NCBI GenBank assembly: GCA_942492995.1
Contig: OW818653.1
Location: 1,140,001-1,172,000 of the forward strand
Origin: an uncultured Erysipelotrichaceae bacterium
Lineage (GTDB): Bacteria > Bacillota_I > Bacilli_A > Erysipelotrichales > Erysipelotrichaceae
Length of the DNA: 32,000 nucleotides
Direction: 5' to 3'
The translations under genes were made by a program, and so were the position numbers. The notes beneath the pieces were generated by a model. That model saw nothing but the letters and a program-made list of their open reading frames with translations. It ran no database searches and was not told the DNA's origin. How positions within the stretch are numbered: the first letter of the stretch is position 1; each line of letters begins with the position of its first letter. Below, one piece after another: positions 23,553 to 32,000 of the stretch.

Positions 23553-23918
23553 ATGAACACAAAAGAACAAATATTACAGATGGTTAAAGATGGAGATATA
23601 AATATCGAAGAAGCTTCTAAGCTTTTAGAGGCATTTGATTCAGCTCCTGTACAAGCATTAAAATCTAGCAATTCTAAACAAAAATTAAGAGTAATTGTCG
23701 ATAGCGCAAATGGTGATACAGTACGCATTAATGTACCAATTTCACTTATTAAAGCAGGTGTTAATCTAGCAACACAATTAAATGTTAATGGTCAACCAAT
23801 TGATATGAAAGGTGTAGATATGGATTTAATCTTGAAAGCTATTGACGATGGCGCAACTGGTGAAATCGTTGATATACAGACATCTGATGGGGATAACGTT
23901 AAAGTATTTGTCGAATAA
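23553..23918 (+). CDS. SHOCT-like/LiaX-N-like domain protein (121 aa)
   Basis: The N-terminus KEQILQMVKDGDINIEEASKLLEAF is the SHOCT-like helical hairpin motif, followed by a beta-rich domain. A GGAGA Shine-Dalgarno sequence lies upstream. Confidence 0.6.
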   Translation: MNTKEQILQMVKDGDINIEEASKLLEAFDSAPVQALKSSNSKQKLRVIVDSANGDTVRINVPISLIKAGVNLATQLNVNGQPIDMKGVDMDLILKAIDDGATGEIVDIQTSDGDNVKVFVE

Positions 23919-23971
23919 TTATTATTTATAACTATCGATTTAAAATCATAAATTACGAATATTTTATAACT

Positions 23972-23998
23972 AAACAATACAGAAATGTATTGTTTTTT
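23972..23998 (+). terminator. intrinsic terminator after the DUF2089 triad
   Basis: AAACAATACA-gaaa-TGTATTGTTT is followed by TTT. Confidence 0.75.
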
Positions 23999-24015
23999 AC
24001 GATAAATCGTATTCG

Positions 24016-24044
24016 TTGAAACTAAAATAGAATGGGACTATGAT
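24016..24044 (+). promoter_or_regulatory. putative sigma-A promoter of ldh (TTGAAA-17 nt-TATGAT)
   Basis: The hexamers lie at 24016-24021 and 24039-24044. An AGGAGG Shine-Dalgarno sequence at 24051-24056 precedes ATG 24062. Confidence 0.5.
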
Positions 24045-24061
24045 GAGACTAGGAGGTCATA

Positions 24062-25006
24062 ATGAAAACGAATAAAATTTCTATTATTGGGTCAGGTTTT
24101 GTAGGCTCCACAACCGCTTTTGCGATTATGGACGCTGGTCTTGTAAGTGACATTGTACTGGTTGATATTAATCATGATAAATCAGAAGCTGAGGCAATGG
24201 ATTTAACGCATGGAGCCGCATTTGTCAAAACCGTTAATATAACTGCTGGTATATTAGAAGATACTGTTGGATCTGATTTAATTATTATTACTGCTGGTAT
24301 TGGTCCAAAACCAGGTGAATCTCGTTTAGATATTTTAAATAAAAACATCCCAATATTTAAGGATATCGTGCCTAAACTTGCTCAATATAGTCCTGACGCA
24401 CTATTCTTAGTTGTTTCTAATCCTGTCGATATATTAACGTATATTACATATAAATTCTCTGGATTTCCTTCGCATCGAGTTATTGGATCTGGTACAGTTC
24501 TAGATACATCACGTTTTAAATCGATCTTATCTAAACAATTCAGTATTGATGCTCGTAATATTCATGCCTATATTATTGGTGAACATGGTGATTCCGAAAT
24601 AGCGGCTTGGAGTACAATCAAGATAGCTGGAATGAGTATCGATGAATATTGTAAGATTGATAAATTAGATTACAATGAAGAATTTAAAACATTTATTACG
24701 GACGAAGTTAAACACGCTGCATACGAAATCATAAATCGCAAAGGATACACAAACTATGCGGTCGCATTGGCAGTACGTAGAATCACTGAAGCGATTCTAG
24801 GTGATGAACAATCGATATTAACTGTTAGTGGTCTGCAAAATGGAGAAAGCAGTTTAAATGATGTATATATTGCGATGCCTAGTATTGTTGGTCGTAATGG
24901 AATACGTAAAATACTACCAATTCCACTTTCAGATGATGAATTTAAAAAGTTAAATGATTCTGCGAATTTATTAAAAGAGATCATTAAGAACTCTAATCTA
25001 GATTAA
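24062..25006 (+). CDS. ldh: L-lactate dehydrogenase
   Basis: It has [16 protein letters not shown] (NAD binding), [17 protein letters not shown] and IGEHGDSE (catalytic His block). The length is 314 aa. Confidence 0.9.
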   Translation: MKTNKISIIGSGFVGSTTAFAIMDAGLVSDIVLVDINHDKSEAEAMDLTHGAAFVKTVNITAGILEDTVGSDLIIITAGIGPKPGESRLDILNKNIPIFKDIVPKLAQYSPDALFLVVSNPVDILTYITYKFSGFPSHRVIGSGTVLDTSRFKSILSKQFSIDARNIHAYIIGEHGDSEIAAWSTIKIAGMSIDEYCKIDKLDYNEEFKTFITDEVKHAAYEIINRKGYTNYAVALAVRRITEAILGDEQSILTVSGLQNGESSLNDVYIAMPSIVGRNGIRKILPIPLSDDEFKKLNDSANLLKEIIKNSNLD

Positions 25007-25019
25007 TAATCAAAATAAA

Positions 25020-25049
25020 AGGACATTATTGCGAATGCAATGATGTCCT
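25020..25049. terminator. bidirectional terminator between ldh and the heliorhodopsin gene
   Basis: AGGACATTATTGC-gaat-GCAATGATGTCCT forms a 13-bp hairpin flanked by AAAATAAAA and TATTTATT. Confidence 0.8.
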
Positions 25050-25054
25050 ATTTA

Positions 25055-25834
25055 TTATGGTTGCATTGCTCCAAATAGTACGAGCCACGCTAATATAGAT
25101 TTAGCAGCTAAACTTAAGATAATATAAACTCTTTCACCATATAAATAATCTTTCCATTTGCCAACTTTAAGGTACTGAAGAATCATATTAATTGGGAACG
25201 TATTGAATGCGACGAAATATGAAACAATAATTGCCCAAACAAACCAAGGTACCATATCAAAGTTACCAGTTCCGGTCATGTAAAACAGAATTGCAGCCCA
25301 AGGTGCGATACCAGCAATTGATCCCCAAATAAATGGTAACCAATTAATCTTACCTTTTTCAGCACTAGAATTTAAGAGTTCCATATCCAAACCAAATAGA
25401 TTCATTGATGCATTAACTACGAATATTAACAACAAGGATACAACATCATAGATACCGAATAAAGTCGCAATAAGTACAATCATAATGGATGAACTTAATG
25501 CATACTCATACCAACGATATGGATTAATTCCCTTACGTAAGTTCGCTTCATATTTTTTCGAATTTAACGCAATAAATCCATGTGCTAACGCAGAAATAAA
25601 TAAGAATGATGCGACAAGTAATCCAAACGGTAAATCAAATAATTCTTTACTAACTACTTCAAGAGATCGTGTTTCAACATTGAATTGTTGATAGAATTGA
25701 ATAATTGTTGGTTGAAATTCCGAGATTTTTTGAATTACTGTTGTTGCCAAAAATACCATTGCGACTGCTTGTATAAAATGAATCCCACCCATGATAAGAT
25801 TAAAATTCTTTAATTTTTTAAATACATCCTGCAT
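25055..25834 (-). CDS. heliorhodopsin (7-TM retinal protein, inverted topology family)
   Basis: It is colinear with heliorhodopsin 48C12 as I recall it: NFN.I.G..H..Q (His23 equivalent), SALAHG (His80 equivalent), RWYEYALSSSIMIVLIA (counterion Glu), VNASMNLFG, GIAPW, and GERVYIILSLAAKSILAW with the Schiff-base Lys (K245, codon 25100-25102). Confidence 0.85.
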   Translation of the reverse strand: MQDVFKKLKNFNLIMGGIHFIQAVAMVFLATTVIQKISEFQPTIIQFYQQFNVETRSLEVVSKELFDLPFGLLVASFLFISALAHGFIALNSKKYEANLRKGINPYRWYEYALSSSIMIVLIATLFGIYDVVSLLLIFVVNASMNLFGLDMELLNSSAEKGKINWLPFIWGSIAGIAPWAAILFYMTGTGNFDMVPWFVWAIIVSYFVAFNTFPINMILQYLKVGKWKDYLYGERVYIILSLAAKSILAWLVLFGAMQP

Positions 25835-25920
25835 TATAGTCTCCTTTTATGTAATGTTATATATCACATGTATTTTTATATGATATAGATAATCATTATC
25901 AGTATAGTAAATGTTAGCTT

Positions 25921-25952
25921 AAATAAAAACAAGTTATATACTCATAACTTGT
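25921..25952 (-). terminator. intrinsic terminator after the aldo/keto reductase gene
   Basis: On the minus strand, ACAAGTTAT-gagtat-ATAACTTGT is followed by TTTTATTT. Confidence 0.7.
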
Positions 25953-25960
25953 TAAGTTTG

Positions 25961-27085
25961 TTAATATTTTGGCACTTCTAATGTAACACGCTTTAAATCT
26001 CTAATGATTTGTATACTTTGTGGGCATAATGGTTCACACGCACCACATTCTTGACACATATCCGAACGCTCAGACGCATTCATATCCTTCCAATATCTTC
26101 TAATCGCTTGAGGCGCATTCCCATAGATCGAGAAATCATTCCAAATTTTAAAGTTTCTAGGAATATTTACACCATGTGGGCAAGGCATACAGTATTCACA
26201 CCCTGTACAACCATTCTTTGTACGTGATTGGATAATTTGTGTTACTTGATTAACACATTCCATTTCTTCTTTACTTAATGCCGAAAAATTATTAAATGTT
26301 TCGCAGTTATCAAGTACATGTTCCATGGTACTCATACCACTTAAGATAACTTTTACATTTGGATGGCTCGCTACCCAACGTAATGCCCAAGAGGACAATG
26401 ATTTATCTGGATGAACAGCTTTAAAGTATTGCGCAATATCGTCAGGTAAATTTGCTAGATTACCACCTTTAATCGGTTCCATAATAATCAAAGGAATTCC
26501 TAATTTTTCTGCTAATGCATATCCTTTATCACCAGCTTGGATATTTGTATCAATATAGTTATATTGGATCTGACAGAAATCCCATTTACGAAACGTAATA
26601 ATCTTTTCAAACACATTAAACTCATCATGAAATGAAAATCCTAGATATTTAATCTTTCCTTCTTTTTGAAGTGCTTCAACTTCTTCTAATACACCTTGTT
26701 TAAGAAGTGTTTCCCATTTCTCATTATCTAATGCATGGAGTAAATAGAAATCTACATAATCAACTTGTAACTTAAGTAATTGTTCATTAAATAGAACACG
26801 TACATCTTCTTTTTTATATACTTTCCATACCGGTAGTTTTGTCGCAATTGTGAATTGATTACGATTATATTTCTTCAAAACTTTACCAACAAACGATTCA
26901 CTTTCACCACCATGATATGGATATGCAGTATCAATGTATGTCACGCCTTCAGAAATCGCTTTGTCGATCATTGATTCTGATTGTATTTCGTCAATCATTC
27001 CATTCGCTAATGTTGGAAATCGCATACATCCAAATCCTAATAATGAAGTATTAATTTTTAAATTTTCAAAATAACTTGTTTTCAT
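25961..27085 (-). CDS. aldo/keto reductase fused to a C-terminal 2x[4Fe-4S] ferredoxin-like domain
   Basis: I set the start at ATG 27085 (MKTSYFENL), which is preceded by AAAGAGG. The AKR blocks are LGFGCMRFP, IDTAY.YHGG.SE and KLP.W. The C-terminus has CTGCEYCMPCP and CQECGACEPLCP, both CxxCxxCxxxCP motifs. Confidence 0.8.
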   Translation of the reverse strand: MKTSYFENLKINTSLLGFGCMRFPTLANGMIDEIQSESMIDKAISEGVTYIDTAYPYHGGESESFVGKVLKKYNRNQFTIATKLPVWKVYKKEDVRVLFNEQLLKLQVDYVDFYLLHALDNEKWETLLKQGVLEEVEALQKEGKIKYLGFSFHDEFNVFEKIITFRKWDFCQIQYNYIDTNIQAGDKGYALAEKLGIPLIIMEPIKGGNLANLPDDIAQYFKAVHPDKSLSSWALRWVASHPNVKVILSGMSTMEHVLDNCETFNNFSALSKEEMECVNQVTQIIQSRTKNGCTGCEYCMPCPHGVNIPRNFKIWNDFSIYGNAPQAIRRYWKDMNASERSDMCQECGACEPLCPQSIQIIRDLKRVTLEVPKY

Positions 27086-27156
27086 GCATCGAACCTCTTT
27101 ATAATTAATTGAAACGCACAAACTTGTTATAGTCAAGGATGTTATGAGGTAATTGA

Positions 27157-27591
27157 GTGGATTTATTAATTGATGCTAAAATAAGAATGATTGAAGAAGA
27201 TTTAAGTTGTTTTGCGTATTTAAAGATTGGTACGTATATAAGTCAATATGGTGGTATAAAACCATTATTACAACCAATTAATATTGATAAAGATTATTTC
27301 GAAGATGCCTTTGTGATTGATAAAGTCATCGGAAAATCTGCAGCTTTCTTATTAATCTACAGTAAAGTAAAAAAGATTCATGCATTTATTATGAGTGAAC
27401 ATGCGAAGAATTTATTGGATTTGCATAATATTCCATATTCATATGATGACCTTGTACCATATATTCAAAACAATCTTATGACTGGAATGTGTCCAATGGA
27501 ACAGAGTGTAATCAACATTGATGATCCTAAACTTGCACTTGATGCATTGAATGCTAAAGTAAGTGAATTGATGAAACAAAAAGGGCTTTAA
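27157..27591 (+). CDS. DUF1893 (TM1506-like) domain protein
   Basis: It has a GTG start after a GAGG Shine-Dalgarno sequence. The pattern GIKPLL...DKVIGKSAAFLL......S..A..LL....I.......V..I.N......CP.E resembles DUF1893 as I recall it. Confidence 0.5.
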   Translation: MDLLIDAKIRMIEEDLSCFAYLKIGTYISQYGGIKPLLQPINIDKDYFEDAFVIDKVIGKSAAFLLIYSKVKKIHAFIMSEHAKNLLDLHNIPYSYDDLVPYIQNNLMTGMCPMEQSVINIDDPKLALDALNAKVSELMKQKGL

Positions 27592-27600
27592 GCCCTTTTC
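27578..27600. terminator. bidirectional terminator between convergent genes
   Basis: AAAGGGC-tttaa-GCCCTTT forms a hairpin flanked by an A-run and TTC. It overlaps the TAA stop at 27589-27591. Confidence 0.6.
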
Positions 27601-27803
27601 TAATTCTCTTTCTCAGGTAATACAATCCAACATACTAAATAAGCTAATGCACCTGTCCCAAACATTAAGATTGGGATTAGAAACAATATACGAATAATAG
27701 TCACATCAATTTTAAATGATTCTGATAAACCTGAACAAACACCACCAATAACTGCGCCATCTTTGGAACGATAAAGTGAAAATTTCGGATCTTTATATGC
27801 CAT
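27600..27803 (-). CDS. PspC domain-containing small membrane protein
   Basis: LYRSKDGAVIGGVCSGLSE.F.ID.TIIRILFLI matches the PspC domain signature and is followed by a TM helix. Confidence 0.8.
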   Translation of the reverse strand: MAYKDPKFSLYRSKDGAVIGGVCSGLSESFKIDVTIIRILFLIPILMFGTGALAYLVCWIVLPEKEN

Positions 27804-27837
27804 ATAATACCCTCCTATTATAGTTTATCCTATCATT

Positions 27838-29790
27838 TTATCGATAAGAGAAATAGTCATTTTGTAATATACGGTACGAAATATCCGAATTTTGTTTAAC
27901 TATCTTACTAATTCGAATAATTTCTTCATTTGTTAAAGTATTATTTATATCAAACGGACTAAAACGAGCACTTGATACAGAGTATGCGCCATATTGATTA
28001 TTCCAACTTAATGAAGCGTATGGAACAACTCTTTCTTGGTTTGTATCAAACATATCAACCCCAAAATAGAATCTTGGATCATAATCTAAATCAAATAGAT
28101 TCGCAATCGTTGGGACTAAATCAAATGTCGAAGAAACAGTAGATAAGCGTTCACCTTTAACTTCTGAATTATAGATAATCATAGGTAACATGTTAATGTT
28201 AAACCCTTTAGCACGTTCATTGTATGGATCACCATAATCCAAGAATACTTGTTTATCTGTTTTTAATGGGAAATGATCTCCATACATAATAATAACTGTA
28301 TCTTCTAATATCCCTTGAGCATCTAGTAAATTAATCAGAGTTTCAATTGAACGATCAAGCTCCATTGCCTTGGACTTATAACGTTGTACATTAAGTGGTA
28401 AATCAGGATACAATGCATTGATTTCATCTAAATAACGATTCCCTAATGTACTATCGATATCATAGGGAAAATGAGTTGATGAAGTAATTATGTACGAGAA
28501 GAAGCGTTGTTTATCGCCATACACTTTAAATGCTTCTTCCATTAAATTCACATCACTTGGCCAACCTTTTAATGTCTTAATCTCTAAATCATCGTTGTTA
28601 TAAAAGTACGTACTTCCTAATTTTTGATGTAATTCAGTCCGTTGGTAAAATTTATCAGAATAATTATGATACGAACTACTAAAGTATCCTGCATCATTAA
28701 ATAGATTGAAAATACTTCTGTTGTACGTATTGTTTGTGTATGTATTAGGTGAACATATCCCCGTTCTTGGTACAAGTGATGTTAATCCTATAAACTCGCT
28801 CTCACCAGTTGCGCATGAATATTGTGGCGAAAAGAAATGATCAAAGAAGAAACCATCCTGTGTGAGTTTATATAGTGTTGGAGTTAATTGCTCATCAATA
28901 CCCATATAATCAAACGCCTCTACCATGATATACACAAGATTCTTATCTTTGAATATTCCTGTATATTCGTTTTTAGGAGTAATCGTTCGATTCATTAAAT
29001 ACTCATCAATAACTTTTAATGTCTCATTTGATTCGTTATTCATCTTCTCAATCCAAACTGTATCATCAATAATTCGCTCATAACTTGGCTCACTAATAAC
29101 TACTACTTCTTCAGGAATAATCTCAATTATTTCTTCAGTCTCTTTAGTCCCAAGTAATAGATTTCGTGTATCTCGTATGATAAATCTCGATAAACCTAAT
29201 TGATTCAAACTTAGATCTGGAATGTAAGGATTATTATATAGTTCCACCACTTTTATTGGTAATGATTCTTGATTAAACCAATTTAATGATAGTAAACCTA
29301 CACCGTGCAAAGATAAAACTAACACAAAAGAAATACCAAATTTTATCCAGTTTGTTTTTGACTTATCATTTGTACGATTTATAACACTAAAAATTGTGAA
29401 TACAATTGCTGGCACAAACACTGTCATATTGACTAATTTTATATATTGCGCAAAATCATTTGCGTAATCATTTACACGAGATGCCATTGAGAAGAATAGT
29501 CTAAATGAGTAATTCGCATTCATATATAAACGATAACTAACTTGAGTTAACGCAATAAACGCTAAAAAGTACAGACTAAAATTCAGTATGATTAATTGAA
29601 ATTTCTTGGGTAATAATTGTGAAACGAGAAAAATCCCAAGTGAAACACTTAGGCTAAATATTAGTATCCGTACGACATGAGAATCATAAAGATTAAACTG
29701 ATTAAACCATCGGAATAAAAGTTCAATAGCTATAAAACACAAAACGTAAAGAAAACCGAGAAAAGTTTGAGACTGTTTAAATTTATTCAT
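27838..29790 (-). CDS. ltaS: LTA synthase (LtaS) family sulfatase-fold membrane protein
   Basis: About five N-terminal TM helices are followed by an extracellular sulfatase-like domain (MVEAFD, CATGESEF with the nucleophile-region motif, SSTHFPY, GDHFP). The length is 650 aa. The gene symbol is given at family level only. Confidence 0.8.
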   Translation of the reverse strand: MNKFKQSQTFLGFLYVLCFIAIELLFRWFNQFNLYDSHVVRILIFSLSVSLGIFLVSQLLPKKFQLIILNFSLYFLAFIALTQVSYRLYMNANYSFRLFFSMASRVNDYANDFAQYIKLVNMTVFVPAIVFTIFSVINRTNDKSKTNWIKFGISFVLVLSLHGVGLLSLNWFNQESLPIKVVELYNNPYIPDLSLNQLGLSRFIIRDTRNLLLGTKETEEIIEIIPEEVVVISEPSYERIIDDTVWIEKMNNESNETLKVIDEYLMNRTITPKNEYTGIFKDKNLVYIMVEAFDYMGIDEQLTPTLYKLTQDGFFFDHFFSPQYSCATGESEFIGLTSLVPRTGICSPNTYTNNTYNRSIFNLFNDAGYFSSSYHNYSDKFYQRTELHQKLGSTYFYNNDDLEIKTLKGWPSDVNLMEEAFKVYGDKQRFFSYIITSSTHFPYDIDSTLGNRYLDEINALYPDLPLNVQRYKSKAMELDRSIETLINLLDAQGILEDTVIIMYGDHFPLKTDKQVFLDYGDPYNERAKGFNINMLPMIIYNSEVKGERLSTVSSTFDLVPTIANLFDLDYDPRFYFGVDMFDTNQERVVPYASLSWNNQYGAYSVSSARFSPFDINNTLTNEEIIRISKIVKQNSDISYRILQNDYFSYR

Positions 29791-29800
29791 TACTCCCCAT

Positions 29801-30253
29801 CTATTTCTGATTCATTACAACACTTAATAATACTAATGTTTGATATCCTTCAAGATCATCATCTTCGCCACAATCAAATGTAAATGTATATCCATCTAAT
29901 TCACCATAAATCGTATACGAATTATCCTGATTTGTCTCCATTTTGTTTGTTGCATTTCTAAATACATTCTTATAGAAATCAATGACAAGTGAAGGTTCAT
30001 CTTTGGAATAAAACATAACCGTAAATGATTGATTAAGCTCAACAACACTAAATAAATGACTATCGGGGTATATTGGAACTAAATCGCTCGGAAACGATTC
30101 TGGCAGAGTAACTACAACTTCTTCATCATCTTCCACATCTATAACAGGCATTTCTTCTACAGGTTCTTCTTCTTTAGAACATGCGGTCAAACTTATACCT
30201 AAGATTAACAATACAATGACTAATAACAATTTAGAAAGTATGGATTTATGCAT
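29801..30253 (-). CDS. lipoprotein, function unknown
   Basis: It has a signal peptide with the lipobox ISLTA-C and an acidic linker (EEEPVEEMPVIDVEDDEE). It sits immediately upstream of ltaS in the same orientation. Confidence 0.65.
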   Translation of the reverse strand: MHKSILSKLLLVIVLLILGISLTACSKEEEPVEEMPVIDVEDDEEVVVTLPESFPSDLVPIYPDSHLFSVVELNQSFTVMFYSKDEPSLVIDFYKNVFRNATNKMETNQDNSYTIYGELDGYTFTFDCGEDDDLEGYQTLVLLSVVMNQK

Positions 30254-30346
30254 AATAACTCCTTTCAGTTTGAACTATCCGGAATAACAACATTTTAATC
30301 CCTTCTATTTAAATCATAGGCTCTATAAAGCTTTTCGTCAATTAAT

Positions 30347-31375
30347 GTGAAAAATGATAGAATAGGATTAATGAAATCTCAAAACTACCCCTGGATTGAT
30401 CGTGTTAAGTATTTAGTATCATTTTTGGTATTAATCATCCATTTTAGACCTTTATCCGACTATAATCCGATTGTTGATTTTAGTTCTGCACAGATTGTTG
30501 CTAGAATTGCCGTACCCTTCTTTTTTATAAGTGCAGGTTATTTTATTGGCGTTAATGGTTTAGAGAAGAATGTAGTCATGAAATCAATTAAAAAGAACTT
30601 CAAACTGTATATCGTTTGGACAATAATTTATCTTCCTATATCCATTATTATATTTATGCCTCAATATCCAAATATCCTATTAAATTTAACTGTATTAGGT
30701 GTTTATTTTCATTTATGGTTTATTCCAGCACTTATATTCTCTTTAATTGCTTTGTATTATTTAAGTAAATTCCTCAAGCCTCTCACAATCACACTTATTG
30801 CGTTTATCTTTTTTGTGATTGGTGTCTTTGGGGACGCATACTACGGAGTTTTACAAAACGGTTTATTTCTTGATGGTATGAATAAATATTTAGATGTATT
30901 TACCACTACACGTAATGGTTTATTCTTTGGACTATTGTTTGTATCACTTGGTTACTTCATCCAAAAGTCAGAAATTACGTCAAAGATTAATGTGAAAGTC
31001 GCATGGATTGGTTTTATTGTTAGCTATTTACTCATGTTTGTAGAAATGGGATTATTGATGACTTACACTAAACCATTTGAATATAATATGTACTTCAGTA
31101 TAATACCTACTACTTTCTTCTTATTTGCGATTTGTTTAAACTATCCGTCAGATGATAAATCAATTGATATACGTAATAAGGCAACACTAATCTACTTCTC
31201 ACATTTTATTGTTTACTTTGTATGCTTTGGATTAATCTCTATTTTAAAATTGGATTTCCTTCTACGTTCAAGCTTAAGTCGATATTTAATCATAGTATTC
31301 TTCTCAATACTCTTCGCGAATTTTGTGATTAAACAAAAAAAGAGAAATAAAAAATGGGCTAATTATTTAGTTTAG
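30347..31375 (+). CDS. acyltransferase family 3 membrane protein
   Basis: WIDRVKY.....V...H and ARIAVPFFFISAGYF, together with about 10 TM segments, are typical of Acyl_transf_3. The start codon is uncertain (GTG 30347 or ATG 30371). Confidence 0.7.
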   Translation: MKNDRIGLMKSQNYPWIDRVKYLVSFLVLIIHFRPLSDYNPIVDFSSAQIVARIAVPFFFISAGYFIGVNGLEKNVVMKSIKKNFKLYIVWTIIYLPISIIIFMPQYPNILLNLTVLGVYFHLWFIPALIFSLIALYYLSKFLKPLTITLIAFIFFVIGVFGDAYYGVLQNGLFLDGMNKYLDVFTTTRNGLFFGLLFVSLGYFIQKSEITSKINVKVAWIGFIVSYLLMFVEMGLLMTYTKPFEYNMYFSIIPTTFFLFAICLNYPSDDKSIDIRNKATLIYFSHFIVYFVCFGLISILKLDFLLRSSLSRYLIIVFFSILFANFVIKQKKRNKKWANYLV

Positions 31376-31381
31376 CCCATT
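31340..31381 (-). terminator. intrinsic terminator of the minus-strand gene, embedded in the 3' coding end of the convergent plus-strand gene
   Basis: AATGGGCTAA-(9 nt)-TTAGCCCATT forms a perfect 10-bp stem. On the minus strand it is followed by TTTTTATTTCTCTTTTTTT. The two genes overlap by 9 nt. Confidence 0.6.
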
Positions 31382-32000
31382 GTATATACGTAGTATTGAT
31401 TCACACTCATTCTTCATTAATTTTACATTCTGATGGTTTCTCGAATTATCTACTTCATTTACGTGATGAAACTGGAAGTTCGATTTTTTTATGTTCGTAA
31501 AATCGATTGACTCGAATACTGTTAATAACTCATTTATTATTTCAATATCATCGTCGGATATTGTTTCATTTAATCCAGATGTTATAAATAAACAGTCATA
31601 CGCACAATGTGAAATATTTTTGATATGCATGACAACTTTTAATAAATCATCTAACTTATCCTTTTCACCTTTATTAAATGGTATAAAATTCTCTTTCATC
31701 ATCGTCTCTAGATTCGCTTTAACCATATCGACATCATTAAATATACTTGCTAGTATAAACTCCGTATTAGTCGAAAGTTCTCGATTCTTTAATCCATTTA
31801 AACTATGTTTAATCGCATTGGTTGCTTGTAGTTTAACGAACTCTACACGTTTACGACCAATCTTCTGATAATAGAACAATGAGAATAAGAAGTTAAAAAC
31901 TAACGCAATTACTACCCCAAGACCCAATGCGACAATTCTCAATCGGAATGTCAGTAATACACTTGGTAAACCTAGATCATTTGTCTGGATCAACTGAGTC
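31367..32000 (-). CDS. C-terminal part of a FUSC/aromatic-acid-exporter (ArAE)-like membrane protein (5' end outside window)
   Basis: The frame stays open to the window edge. The last TM (LRIVALGLGVVIALVFNFLF) is followed by a ~160-aa cytoplasmic helical domain, as in YgaE/UPF0421-type proteins. The family assignment is tentative. Confidence 0.4.
   Translation of the reverse strand, partial: TQLIQTNDLGLPSVLLTFRLRIVALGLGVVIALVFNFLFSLFYYQKIGRKRVEFVKLQATNAIKHSLNGLKNRELSTNTEFILASIFNDVDMVKANLETMMKENFIPFNKGEKDKLDDLLKVVMHIKNISHCAYDCLFITSGLNETISDDDIEIINELLTVFESIDFTNIKKSNFQFHHVNEVDNSRNHQNVKLMKNECESILRIYNGLN

Noticed and set aside
1-32000. An alternative genetic code (TGA as Trp), considered because of the low GC content and Mollicutes-like flavour.
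   Set aside because: All long ORFs close properly under the standard code. TGA terminates genes at 4439-4441, 8155-8157, 8598-8600 and 16017-16019. Trp is encoded by TGG throughout, for example in the WLWW segment at 11242-11253.
1-32000. Mobile elements, prophage genes, a defence island, tRNA/rRNA genes and CRISPR arrays.
   Set aside because: I recognised no integrase, transposase, recombinase, phage structural, restriction-modification, toxin-antitoxin or cas-like protein in any frame. No tRNA-like cloverleaf or rRNA-like conserved stretch was noticed in the intergenic regions.

Overview
The window is an AT-rich chromosomal segment that uses the standard genetic code (TGA is a stop at 4439-4441 and 8155-8157; Trp is TGG). 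The gene content (LtaS, DegV, PspC, a YtvI/AI-2E transporter) points to a monoderm, Bacillota-like bacterium. I support about 35 protein genes and found no rRNA, tRNA, CRISPR array, transposase or integrase. All protein identifications rest on motif and family recognition from memory, because no database search was possible.

Left part: a 5'-truncated 2-oxoacid:ferredoxin oxidoreductase alpha/beta pair, an AI-2E transporter, an HxlR-WrbA redox module with two YodB-like operator boxes, two coupled small membrane proteins, DegV, and an orphan C39-like peptidase.

Centre, the standout: a ~9.4 kb minus-strand block from 6290 to 15695.
- Two tandem c-di-GMP-I (GEMM-I)-like riboswitches, each with its own intrinsic terminator, sit in the leader.
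- They precede a 1500-aa surface protein with 12 cadherin-like repeats, which is anchored by a C-terminal TM helix plus a 90-aa cytoplasmic tail rather than LPXTG.
- A terminator/promoter module follows the giant gene.
- Downstream is a tightly coupled seven-gene cluster: a transglutaminase-like lipoprotein, a GspF/PilC-like platform protein, four small bitopic pilin-sized proteins lacking a canonical prepilin motif, and a PilT-type ATPase as the only ATPase.
- I regard this as a candidate undescribed type-IV-filament-derived machine, physically adjacent to a giant adhesin gene that carries a c-di-GMP-responsive leader.

Right part: a 3-hydroxybutyrate/acetoacetate (ketone body) catabolic operon with a divergent LysR regulator, a PAS-GGDEF diguanylate cyclase, a DUF2089 triad, ldh, a clear heliorhodopsin gene, an aldo/keto reductase fused to a 2x[4Fe-4S] domain, DUF1893, PspC, LtaS, a lipoprotein, an acyltransferase-3 protein, and a truncated FUSC/ArAE-like gene.
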